Shown here: positions 1 through 7,575 of the stretch, piece after piece
Position numbering within the stretch: position 1 is the first letter of the stretch
How the letters are laid out: every line of letters begins with the position of its first letter
DNA from: Deltaproteobacteria bacterium
GTDB lineage: Bacteria > Desulfobacterota > Binatia > Binatales > Binataceae
DNA: 35,341 nt
Assembly (NCBI GenBank): GCA_021780585.1
Contig: JAJXYM010000350.1
Coordinates: 1-35,341 of the forward strand
Reading direction: 5' to 3'
The notes under the pieces: generated by a model
What the model was told of the DNA's origin: nothing
Seen by the model: the letters and a program-made list of their open reading frames with translations, nothing else
Database searches by the model: none
Translations under genes and position numbers: made by a program

Positions 1-978
1 GGCGTCCGCGAGTTGCGCGGCCAGCGCCTCGAACAGCCGCGCGCCCGCCAGACCGCGCCGGTCGGCGACCTCGATCACGCCGCATCCGAGCCGCCGCCGC
101 AATAAACCCAACGCCCGCCGCTCGCGCGCGCGCCGGCGAATTGCGCCGCGCGCGATTTCCTCGAGCTCATCGACCGCGCCGAGCGCCGGATCCCGCGCCG
201 CCAGCCGCGCCATCCGCTGGAGTTCGCCCGCGCCGAAGTCGGCCACGCTTGCGCGATTGAAAAAGGCCGCGCCCAGTCCGAGTCCGAGCGCTTCGAGCGC
301 GTGGCCAAGCTCCAGCGTCTCCGCGATCGCCAGCGGCTCGGCGGTGGTCGCCGCGACCATCGCACACTTGTCGGCGTCGCCCAGCAGGGCGGCGATATTG
401 CGCGCCTCGCGCCCGGCGACGCTTTCGCCGAAGGCGGCCCCGGCGGCGAACGGCGTCCGGATCATGCTGAGCGCCTGGCCGCTCGCCGGCGCGTCGAAGA
501 TCACCAGGTCCCACGGTTCGAGCGGCGCCGCGCGCCGTTCGATTTCGTGGAAAACCTTGCCCATCATCGTAAGCTCGCGCACGGCCGGCGCGGCATGCAC
601 GAAATATTGGTAGAGGCGGCTGCGCAAGACCGCGCTCAGCACCGGACGCGGCACCACCAGACCGAGGTACTGCTCGAGCGAAGCCTGGCCGCCGAGCATC
701 ATGGCGCGGAGATTTTCCGCCAGTTCGACCGGCGCGAAACTCGGCGGAGCGCCCCACGCCGCCGCGATCGGCGCTTGCGGGTCGGCCTCGATAATCAGCG
801 TGCGCCGCCCGCGCCGCGCCGCGATCAGGGCGATCGCCGCGCTGAGCGCGCTGCGGCCGACGCCGCCCTTGCCCAGCATCACGAGCAGGCGGCGGCGCAG
901 AAGTTGCGCGATCGTCAGATGATTGGGCGATGCCAAGATCAGGCCGCCGCCGGATGCGCGCACCCCGGCCGGGCGCAT
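1..978 (-). CDS. ArsA/Get3-like (anion-transporting ATPase family) P-loop NTPase with degenerate nucleotide-binding motifs; 3' end runs off the window
   Basis: Missing from the ORF track because there is no stop in the window. My reverse-strand translation is open for 326 codons, from ATG 978-976 (alternative TTG 936) to base 1: MRPAGVRASGGGLILASPNHLTIAQLLRRRLLVMLGKGGVGRSALSAAIALIAARRGRRTLIIEADPQ...WDLVIFDAPASGQALSMIRTP... It has a deviant Walker A (GKGGVG-R-S) plus a D-x-AP-x-G-x-x-L switch II layout, as in the ArsA/ParA-MinD superfamily. It starts 20 nt downstream of the fabH stop on the same strand. Confidence 0.7.
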   Translation of the reverse strand, partial: MRPAGVRASGGGLILASPNHLTIAQLLRRRLLVMLGKGGVGRSALSAAIALIAARRGRRTLIIEADPQAPIAAAWGAPPSFAPVELAENLRAMMLGGQASLEQYLGLVVPRPVLSAVLRSRLYQYFVHAAPAVRELTMMGKVFHEIERRAAPLEPWDLVIFDAPASGQALSMIRTPFAAGAAFGESVAGREARNIAALLGDADKCAMVAATTAEPLAIAETLELGHALEALGLGLGAAFFNRASVADFGAGELQRMARLAARDPALGAVDELEEIARGAIRRRARERRALGLLRRRLGCGVIEVADRRGLAGARLFEALAAQLADA

Positions 979-997
979 GGCACGATTGCGCTTGCGG

Positions 998-1975
998 CTA
1001 CCAGCGAATCAGATTGGCGCCCCAGGTCAGGCCGCCGCCGCAGGCGTTGAGCAGCACCAGGTCGTTGTCGCGGATGCGGCCGGATTCGATCGCCTCGTCA
1101 AGCGCGATCGGCACCGAGGCCGCCGAGGTGTTGCCGTAACGATCGACGTTGGTGAAAACCTTTTCCGCCCCCAGCCCGAGCCGCTGCGCGACCGCGTTGA
1201 TAATCCGCAGGTTCGCCTGATGCGGAATGATCAGGGACAGATCGTCGAGCGAAACTCCCGCGCGCTCGATCACCTTGCGGGTGATATCCTCAAGGCTCTT
1301 GACGGCGATCTTGAAGAGTTCCGGACCCTTCATTTTGATCGCGTCGTCGCGATTGGCCCGCGCCTCGGCGTCGATCGGCGACTGGATGCCGCGGTTGCGG
1401 ACCGAGAGCAGTTCCCAGTACTCGCCCGACGAGCGCAGGATGCTGCCGAGCACGCCGCGCTGTCCCGCCTCCCGCACCATCACGACCGCGCCCGCGCCGT
1501 CGCCGAAAAGCACGGCGGTCGAACGATCGTTCCAGTCGACCATGGTCGAAAGCGCGTCGGCGCCGACCAGCAGCACGCGGCTCCATTCGCCCGCCCGCAT
1601 GGTCGCGTCGGCCACGCTCAGCGCATAGATAAAGCCCGAGCAGGCGGCGGCGACGTCGAAGGCGGGGATCGAATTGAGTCCCAGGCGATGCTGCAACTGG
1701 CAGGCGAACGAAGGAAAGCCGAAATCGGACGAGACCGTGCCGACGATAATCGCCTCGAGATCCTCGGGCTTCATCCCGGCGCGTGCGAGCGCCTGGCGAC
1801 TGGCGCGCTCGGCCACCTCGACCAGCGATTCGTCGGTGCACAGGGCGTAACGCTGGGCGATTCCGGTGCGCGTGCGAATCCACTCGTCCGAGGTGTCCAT
1901 CCGCCGCTCCAGCTCATGATTGGTGATCACGGTGCGGGGCGTGGCGCGCCCGGTGGCGACGATTCTCGAACCCAT
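998..1975 (-). CDS. fabH: 3-oxoacyl-ACP synthase III (KAS III, FabH)
   Basis: 325-aa ORF with the FabH hallmark motifs: active-site Cys in DVAAACSGFIYAL, His in IPHQANLRI and Asn in YGNTSAASVPIAL. The length is typical and the gene lies 11 nt after the fabF stop. Confidence 0.95.
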   Translation of the reverse strand: MGSRIVATGRATPRTVITNHELERRMDTSDEWIRTRTGIAQRYALCTDESLVEVAERASRQALARAGMKPEDLEAIIVGTVSSDFGFPSFACQLQHRLGLNSIPAFDVAAACSGFIYALSVADATMRAGEWSRVLLVGADALSTMVDWNDRSTAVLFGDGAGAVVMVREAGQRGVLGSILRSSGEYWELLSVRNRGIQSPIDAEARANRDDAIKMKGPELFKIAVKSLEDITRKVIERAGVSLDDLSLIIPHQANLRIINAVAQRLGLGAEKVFTNVDRYGNTSAASVPIALDEAIESGRIRDNDLVLLNACGGGLTWGANLIRW

Positions 1976-1986
1976 GCTTGCGTCCG

Positions 1987-3243
1987 CTATTCCTGAACCG
2001 CGGGCCGGAAGGCCAACGTGGTGTTGGTCCCGCCGAAACCGAAAGAGTTATTGAGGGCGACCCGGATGCGCTTCGCGCGCGGATGGTTCGGCACGTAATC
2101 GAGGTCGCATTCGGGATCGGGATATTCGTAATTGATCGTCGGCGGCAACATCCCGTTGGCCACCGCCAGCACGGTGTAAACCGATTCGATCGCGCCCGCC
2201 GCGCCGAGCGCATGCCCGGTCATCGACTTGGTCGAGCTGACCGCCAGCCGCGCCGCGTGCTCGCCGAAGACCCGCTTGATCGCCTGGGACTCGGCGATAT
2301 CGCCCGGCGGGGTCGAGGTGCCGTGGGCGTTGATATAATCGACTTCGGCCGGATCGATCTCGCCGTCCTCGAGGCAGCGGCGCATGCAGCGCGCGGCGCC
2401 CTGCCCGTCCGGCGACGGCGAGGTGATATGGTAGGCGTCGGCGTTGGCGAAATAGCCGACGATCTCGGCGAGGATTTTCGCGCCGCGCTTGAGCGCGGCC
2501 GCGCGCTCCTCGAGCACCAGCGTCGCCGCGCCTTCGGCCATCACGAAACCGTCGCGCTCGCGATCGAACGGCCGGCTGGCGGCCTGGGGATTATCGTTGC
2601 GCGTTGACAGCGCGCGCATCGCGGCGAAGCCGCCCACCCCGAGCGGCGTGATCGCGGCCTCGGCCCCGCCGGTGATCGCCGCGTCGAGATAGCCCGAGCG
2701 AATCATCCGGTAGGCCTCGCCGACCGCGTGGCTGCCGGACGCGCAGGCGCTGGTGGTGGAGAAATTGGCGCCGCGGGCGCCGTAACGAATCGAAATCTGG
2801 CCGGGCGCAAGATTCGAAATCAGCTTGGGAATGAAGAACGGCGTGAGCCGCTTGAGCCGGCTATCGAGAAAAACCAGATGATTTTCCTCGATCGTCAGCA
2901 GACCGCCGATTCCAACCCCGACCAGCACGCCGACCAGATCCGCGTTCTCCTCGGTGATCGGCAGGCCCGATTGCCGCATCGCCTGCTCGGTCGCGCCCAT
3001 CGCGTACTGGATGAACAGGTCCATCTTGCGGACGTCCTTTTTTTCAATCCAGTCGAGCGGGTTGAAATCACGCACTTCGCCCGCGATTCGCGTGGGAAAG
3101 TCGGCCAACTCAAAGCGATCGATCGGTCCGATTCCCGACCGCCCCGCCATCAGGGCCTCCCAGTTCTTTTCGACCCCCGTGCCCAAGGGCGTGACGAGGC
3201 CCACGCCAGTCACGACCACCCGACGGTCATCGTTCCGTCTCAT
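1987..3243 (-). CDS. fabF: 3-oxoacyl-ACP synthase II (KAS II, FabF)
   Basis: Carries the KAS I/II motifs TTSACASGSHA (Cys), INAHGTSTPPGD (His) and KSMTGHALGAAG (His). The track ORF extends to 3312. ATG 3243 (MRRNDDRRVVVTGVGLVTPLG) gives the usual ~418 aa with the conserved RVVVTG N-terminus, so the start is uncertain between 3243 and 3312. Confidence 0.93.
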   Translation of the reverse strand: MRRNDDRRVVVTGVGLVTPLGTGVEKNWEALMAGRSGIGPIDRFELADFPTRIAGEVRDFNPLDWIEKKDVRKMDLFIQYAMGATEQAMRQSGLPITEENADLVGVLVGVGIGGLLTIEENHLVFLDSRLKRLTPFFIPKLISNLAPGQISIRYGARGANFSTTSACASGSHAVGEAYRMIRSGYLDAAITGGAEAAITPLGVGGFAAMRALSTRNDNPQAASRPFDRERDGFVMAEGAATLVLEERAAALKRGAKILAEIVGYFANADAYHITSPSPDGQGAARCMRRCLEDGEIDPAEVDYINAHGTSTPPGDIAESQAIKRVFGEHAARLAVSSTKSMTGHALGAAGAIESVYTVLAVANGMLPPTINYEYPDPECDLDYVPNHPRAKRIRVALNNSFGFGGTNTTLAFRPAVQE

Positions 3244-3408
3244 AGCTCGAAGCCGGTTTCCCTCCATGGGCGCATCTTGGGACAATTTATCAGACTGGCT
3301 CCGGAAAAACACTCCGGGCCGGGGCGGAAATGGACTGGAAATCCTTCCGCAACGCGCCCTGACGCGATTTATCGCGCACAGACAGGATAGTTGGCGCGCA
3401 GCCCAGCG

Positions 3409-3855
3409 TTATTTCGCGCCCAGTGCGGACTTGACGATCTCGCTCGCCATCTTTCCGTCCAACGCGGCGCCGAAACGGTCGCGCAACGCCTTCATCAGCG
3501 GACCGATTTGGGTCACGCCGTCGGCAATTCGCGCGGCGACGAAGGCGCGCACCTCGTCGGCGCCGATCACGGCCGGCAGATAACCGTCGAGGATTTTCGC
3601 TTCGCCCTCATATTGCTCGACCAGATCCGCGCGATTACCCTTGCGGGCGAATTCGAGCGCCTCGTCGCGCCGCGCCCGCTCGCGCTTGATTATCTGGATG
3701 ACGTCGGCTTCATTCGCCTCGCGCCGCACGTCCTTTTCGAGCCGGGTCACTTCCGCCAGAATCCCGCGCACGGTCATCAGGCGGAGTTTGTCGCCGCTCT
3801 TCATCGCGGCCTTCAGGTCGTCTTGCAATTTCGTTTTCACGAACCTCTCCGTCAT
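3409..3855 (-). CDS. yqeY: GatB/YqeY domain-containing protein
   Basis: MTERFVKTKLQDDLKAAMKSGDKLRLMTVRGILAEV...DVIQIIKRERARRDEALEFARKGNRADLVEQYEGEAKILDGYLP matches the ~148-aa YqeY family pattern. The track ORF (to 4044) adds an Arg/Gly-rich 63-aa extension that looks non-coding, so I place the start at ATG 3855. Confidence 0.85.
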   Translation of the reverse strand: MTERFVKTKLQDDLKAAMKSGDKLRLMTVRGILAEVTRLEKDVRREANEADVIQIIKRERARRDEALEFARKGNRADLVEQYEGEAKILDGYLPAVIGADEVRAFVAARIADGVTQIGPLMKALRDRFGAALDGKMASEIVKSALGAK

Positions 3856-4345
3856 CCGCCGGTCGCGCCCAGGACCGCGCCGTCCGGCGACGGTCCCGAA
3901 TCCGGTCCCGGCGGATCCAAGTCTATCCCGCCGCGGCGTGGGCGCAAAATTGACGACGAATGGCGGCGAACTACTTACTTGACCAAGCGACCGTTTTGTA
4001 GAAAGGTGTAGTATCTCGTTGACGCGACGGCGGCGGCGAGTCAATCAACTGACGGCGCGGTGTTAATCGTCAAGTAATTTCCACAGCAGTCCAGATTTAT
4101 TTCGGCGCTTGGTTCCGGGCCGATCCTCCTTCAAAAAACTTCGACATCGGTAGGGTATCCGGAAGCGACGAGCGGCGCTCACGCCGCTGTCGGCGTGGTG
4201 TGCCGGGCGCGTCTGGCGTCGCGGCCGAAGCGGACGCCGCGCCGGAACGATCCCTGAGCGGCACAATCGACGGCCTCGGTAACGATGGGAAATGAGCCAA
4301 CCCGGCATTTAATCGGGTGGCAAATCAGTAAGGAGAGAGAAACGT

Positions 4346-5704
4346 ATGAGTAAGGCGGGAAAGCTCGGAATTCTGATGCTTGCCGCACTCACGCTCGGCG
4401 TGGCCAGCTCGGCCGCGCGCGCGCAGGACTATCAACCGCCGGCGCCGATGCAGCAGTGGCTCAAGGACACCGCGCGTCAGGGAACGATTCCGCCGGGCAC
4501 GACGATCACCGCGCAGAACTGGCAGCAGTACAAGGAGTTCATGCCGCTGGGGATGCAGGGGCTGTTCGCCGGTTCGTACTTCTGGAAGATGCCGGCGGAC
4601 ATCCAGGTTCCGGTGCGCGAAACCAAGGTTTATCCGCTGCCCAAGGGCTACGTCGAGGCGACGGAGAAATACGGCAATCAAACCCGCGTGGTCCATCTGC
4701 CGAACGGCCATAATGACGTTCAGGGTTATGTCGCCGGACGGCCGTTCCCGAATCCGCAGGAGCCGGACAAAGGCTACAAGATTCTGGCCAATGTCTGGTT
4801 CGCCTATCTGCCGCATCTGTATGTGAATACGCCGCAGAACATGGCGAATAGCTGCACTCAGGACCGCTTCAACAACATCTCCTGCTCGAAGATCATCTTC
4901 GTCTATCGCCAGGTCGGCTATAACACCGATCCCGGCGTACCTCAGAACGAGCCGCGGGCCGGCGACGTCTGGTACACCGAGTGGCTTATGCTCGAGGAGC
5001 CGGAGCAGTCCAAGTACACCGCCAATCTGATCGTCTTCCACAAGAACAACGAACTGCCGCAGGACAGCTACGTCTTTGTGCCGGCGCTGCGCCGTTCGCT
5101 GCGTCTGGCGGTGAGCGCGCGTTGCGCGCCGGTCGCGGGCAGCGACTTCGTGCAGGACGATTACAACACCAAGGGCTTCAACGGCGGGCTGGCGCTGTTC
5201 AACGCGAAATATCTCGGCACGCGCAAGATTCTGGCGCTGGCCAACGATTACGCGAACGTGACCGGCGACTTCCCGAACAATTTTGACATGCCGCTGGGCT
5301 GGTCGAAGGCCAATTGGGGTCCGTACGAGCTGCGCACCGTCGATATCATCGACGTGCGCCGCGTGCCGTCGGAATCGGCCGGCTATTGCTACGGCAGCCG
5401 CATCATGTACGTCGATCAGGCGTACACCTACGGCGACTGGATCGAGATTTACGACAGCAATCTGCAGCTTTGGAAGATGTACGGCGGCGGCGCCGCGCAC
5501 GTGGTCGACGTGCCGCAGATCGGCCGCGTCGTGACCAATTCGGTGGTTTCGAGCGCATGGGACATCCAAAATGACCATGCCAGCTACTTCTCGAGCATCG
5601 ACAAGGCGGGGCACGATCCGTACTTCAATCAGGACGCGCCGAAGGAGTACCAGGATTACACCAAGTACAGCTCCCCGTCGGGCCTGATGCAGATCATGCG
5701 CTGA
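4346..5704 (+). CDS. Secreted DUF1329 family protein (LolA-like fold, outer-membrane lipoprotein-sorting-like)
   Basis: 452 aa with an N-terminal signal peptide (LGILMLAALTLGVASSAARA/QD). Size and motifs are typical of DUF1329 (GTTITAQNWQQYKEFMP, GYVAGRPFP, YVFVPALRR, RRV...GYCYG). A strong SD (AGGAGAG) lies 8 nt upstream of the ATG. Confidence 0.85.
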   Translation: MSKAGKLGILMLAALTLGVASSAARAQDYQPPAPMQQWLKDTARQGTIPPGTTITAQNWQQYKEFMPLGMQGLFAGSYFWKMPADIQVPVRETKVYPLPKGYVEATEKYGNQTRVVHLPNGHNDVQGYVAGRPFPNPQEPDKGYKILANVWFAYLPHLYVNTPQNMANSCTQDRFNNISCSKIIFVYRQVGYNTDPGVPQNEPRAGDVWYTEWLMLEEPEQSKYTANLIVFHKNNELPQDSYVFVPALRRSLRLAVSARCAPVAGSDFVQDDYNTKGFNGGLALFNAKYLGTRKILALANDYANVTGDFPNNFDMPLGWSKANWGPYELRTVDIIDVRRVPSESAGYCYGSRIMYVDQAYTYGDWIEIYDSNLQLWKMYGGGAAHVVDVPQIGRVVTNSVVSSAWDIQNDHASYFSSIDKAGHDPYFNQDAPKEYQDYTKYSSPSGLMQIMR

Positions 5705-5727
5705 TTCGGGACTGAACGCTCGACGAC

Positions 5728-5761
5728 GGGAGCGGTTACGGCCGCTCCCGTTTTTTTTTTT
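5728..5761 (+). terminator. Rho-independent terminator of the DUF1329 gene
   Basis: Stem GGGAGCGG (5728-5735) pairs with CCGCTCCC (5742-5749) across a 6-nt loop. An uninterrupted run of 11 T (5751-5761) follows. The element starts 24 nt after the stop codon. Confidence 0.9.
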
Positions 5762-5799
5762 GCGCAGACGATGCCTTGGCTCGCGCAACCTGCGCATAT

Positions 5800-5930
5800 G
5801 CCACCCGGTTGTCAGTCAACCTATATATTGACGTTATGTCACGATTCAACTAGATCAAGCTTGTTTCAAGGTCTAAAAGCGACATACCGATCATCATAAT
5901 ATTGGTTATTATTTCAAATCGCGACTCAGG
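5800..5930 (+). promoter_or_regulatory. AT-rich promoter/operator region upstream of the Kelch lipoprotein gene
   Basis: This is the lowest-GC intergenic stretch in the window, well below 45% by eye. It contains TTGTCA-GTCAAC (5809-5820), TTGACG (5828-5833) and GTCAC (5838-5842), giving the inverted pair GTCAA-N8-TTGAC. The -35-like TTGACG is followed 17 nt later by a weak -10, TAGATC (5851-5856). No transcript data are available, so the call is tentative. Confidence 0.25.
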
Positions 5931-5964
5931 ATGAATCCTGACACGATTTCGAACGGGGAAACCG

Positions 5965-7368
5965 ATGGCTATCGCCGACACGTCCGTTCGGACGCCGCGC
6001 CCGCTTGCCCTGCTTCAATCCATCCTCATCGTTTGGGGCGTTCTCGTGATCGCCGCGTGCGACCCGCCGCGGGTCACCGATTCGCCCAGCGTCGCGATGC
6101 AGGTCACGGCCGATGCGGCCGCGAATTTGGCGCCGAAACCACTCAAGCCACCGGTGTCTGGCGACGTGGTCGTGGTGGGTGGCATTGGCGCCCTCAATAA
6201 ATCGACCGCGATCGCCGAATACTACAATCCCGCGACCGGCAAATTCAGCGCAACTGGCGCGGCGCTCAAGCCAGCCGCGCTCGCGATCGGCGGGCTGTTG
6301 ACCGCCGGCGTGCCGAATACGGAATTGCTGATCGGCGGCGGCTTCACGGGCGTCGGCAAGTTCTTCAAACGAACGGTCGGCCTGAATATCACCGGCGCCG
6401 CGATCGACGACCTCGAAATCTATGATACGAGCACCGGCAAGTTTCACGCCGCCAACGCGCCGCTGCTTGAGGTCCGTTTCGGCGCGACCGCAACCGTGCT
6501 GCAAAACGGCAAGGTGCTGATCGCCGGCGGCGCCGATTCCAGCGGCAATCCGACCGCGACCGCCGAGGTCTTCGACCCAACGACGGGAACGACCACGGCG
6601 ACGGCGAACAACATGAGCTCGCCGCGGCTGTTCCATACCGCAACGCTGATCCAGAGCGACGGAACCGTGCTGCTCGCGGGCGGCGGCGTCGATAACAACG
6701 GCGACCTGACCGACACGGCGGACATCTATGACCCCGCCGCCAATCAGTTCACGCCGACTTTCGGCGCGATGCTCGCTCCGGTGGCCGCGCACGCGGCCCT
6801 GTACCTTCCAGCAACCGGGCAAGTCCTGATTGCCGGCGGCGCCAACTCGTTCGGCGCCCTGTTCGCGACGACGGCCGTCGAGACCTACGACCCGGCGACG
6901 CATACCTTCAGCATTGCGCCGAATTCGATGAATGACGCGCGCGCTTTTCATACGATGACGCAACTGTTGAATGGCCAGGTGGTGGTGATCGGCGGCTTTT
7001 CCTTTGGCGACGCCAGCATATTCCAGGGAAAGCCCACGGGATTGTTCGGGATCAGCGTGGATACGGCGGAGATCTACGATCCGACGGCGCAGACCTTCAC
7101 TTGCGTGGGCGGGACCGGCAAGGCGCGCTATACCACTTGCAATCCAACGATGCCGATCGGGCGCGGCGGCCATACGGCGACCCTGTTCACGAGCGGACCC
7201 AAGCAGGGTCAAGTGCTGGTCGCGGGCGGCTTCGGCGCGCCGCGGCCGGCCGCGACTTCGGCGGTGCTGCGCAACGTCGAGTTGTTCAATCCGGCCACCA
7301 ACAAATTCAGCCCTACCGGTCCGATGAGGAGCCCGCACGGGCTGCATCAGGCGTTCCTGCTGCCGTAA
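5965..7368 (+). CDS. Kelch-repeat beta-propeller lipoprotein (7 blades)
   Basis: Signal peptide with lipobox LVIAAC. Seven repeats of the Kelch-like pattern: ...GG... then (Y/F)(D/N)P(A/T)T(G/N)xF, seen as YNPATGKFS, YDTSTGKFH, FDPTTGTTT, YDPAANQFT, YDPATHTFS, YDPTAQTFT and FNPATNKFS. Each is preceded by hydrophobic-GG strands (VVVVGG, LLIGGG, VLIAGG, VLLAGG, VLIAGG, VVVIGG, VLVAGG). Confidence 0.85.
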   Translation: MAIADTSVRTPRPLALLQSILIVWGVLVIAACDPPRVTDSPSVAMQVTADAAANLAPKPLKPPVSGDVVVVGGIGALNKSTAIAEYYNPATGKFSATGAALKPAALAIGGLLTAGVPNTELLIGGGFTGVGKFFKRTVGLNITGAAIDDLEIYDTSTGKFHAANAPLLEVRFGATATVLQNGKVLIAGGADSSGNPTATAEVFDPTTGTTTATANNMSSPRLFHTATLIQSDGTVLLAGGGVDNNGDLTDTADIYDPAANQFTPTFGAMLAPVAAHAALYLPATGQVLIAGGANSFGALFATTAVETYDPATHTFSIAPNSMNDARAFHTMTQLLNGQVVVIGGFSFGDASIFQGKPTGLFGISVDTAEIYDPTAQTFTCVGGTGKARYTTCNPTMPIGRGGHTATLFTSGPKQGQVLVAGGFGAPRPAATSAVLRNVELFNPATNKFSPTGPMRSPHGLHQAFLLP

Positions 7369-7575
7369 TCCCGGCGCGGAGGCTCGTCCAGCGCCGTATC
7401 CGCCGCAAGCTTCGCGGCCCCGGGGCGACGGCCGGCCGTTGCGTCTGGCAGCCCGGCCGACCGGACCGTCCGGGGCGCGGGCGTCAGACGATTAACTGCT
7501 TCCAAACCGGTCTTTTCTGATATATTTTATGCGCGCCTCGGAACCGAGGCGCCGAGACGCCCAAGGAGAAGCCCT

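Noticed and set aside
4063-4388. Small minus-strand ORFs (81, 67 and 69 aa) in the yqeY/DUF1329 intergenic region
   Set aside because: They have highly basic, low-complexity translations, no RBS, and mutually overlapping frames. The region is better explained as a long regulatory or leader region.
4325-7347. Long minus-strand ORFs 4325-5797 (490 aa) and 5926-7347 (473 aa)
   Set aside because: They are antisense to the DUF1329 and Kelch lipoprotein genes, which have signal peptides, SD sequences and repeat structure. The antisense translations are Arg-rich and featureless.
7521-7552. TATATT box plus GCGCCTCG-gaac-CGAGGCGC hairpin upstream of the LLM gene, considered as a promoter/attenuator
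   Set aside because: No acceptable -35 element lies at 16-19-nt spacing, and no U-tract follows the hairpin. The pattern is real, but too weak to annotate as a regulatory feature.
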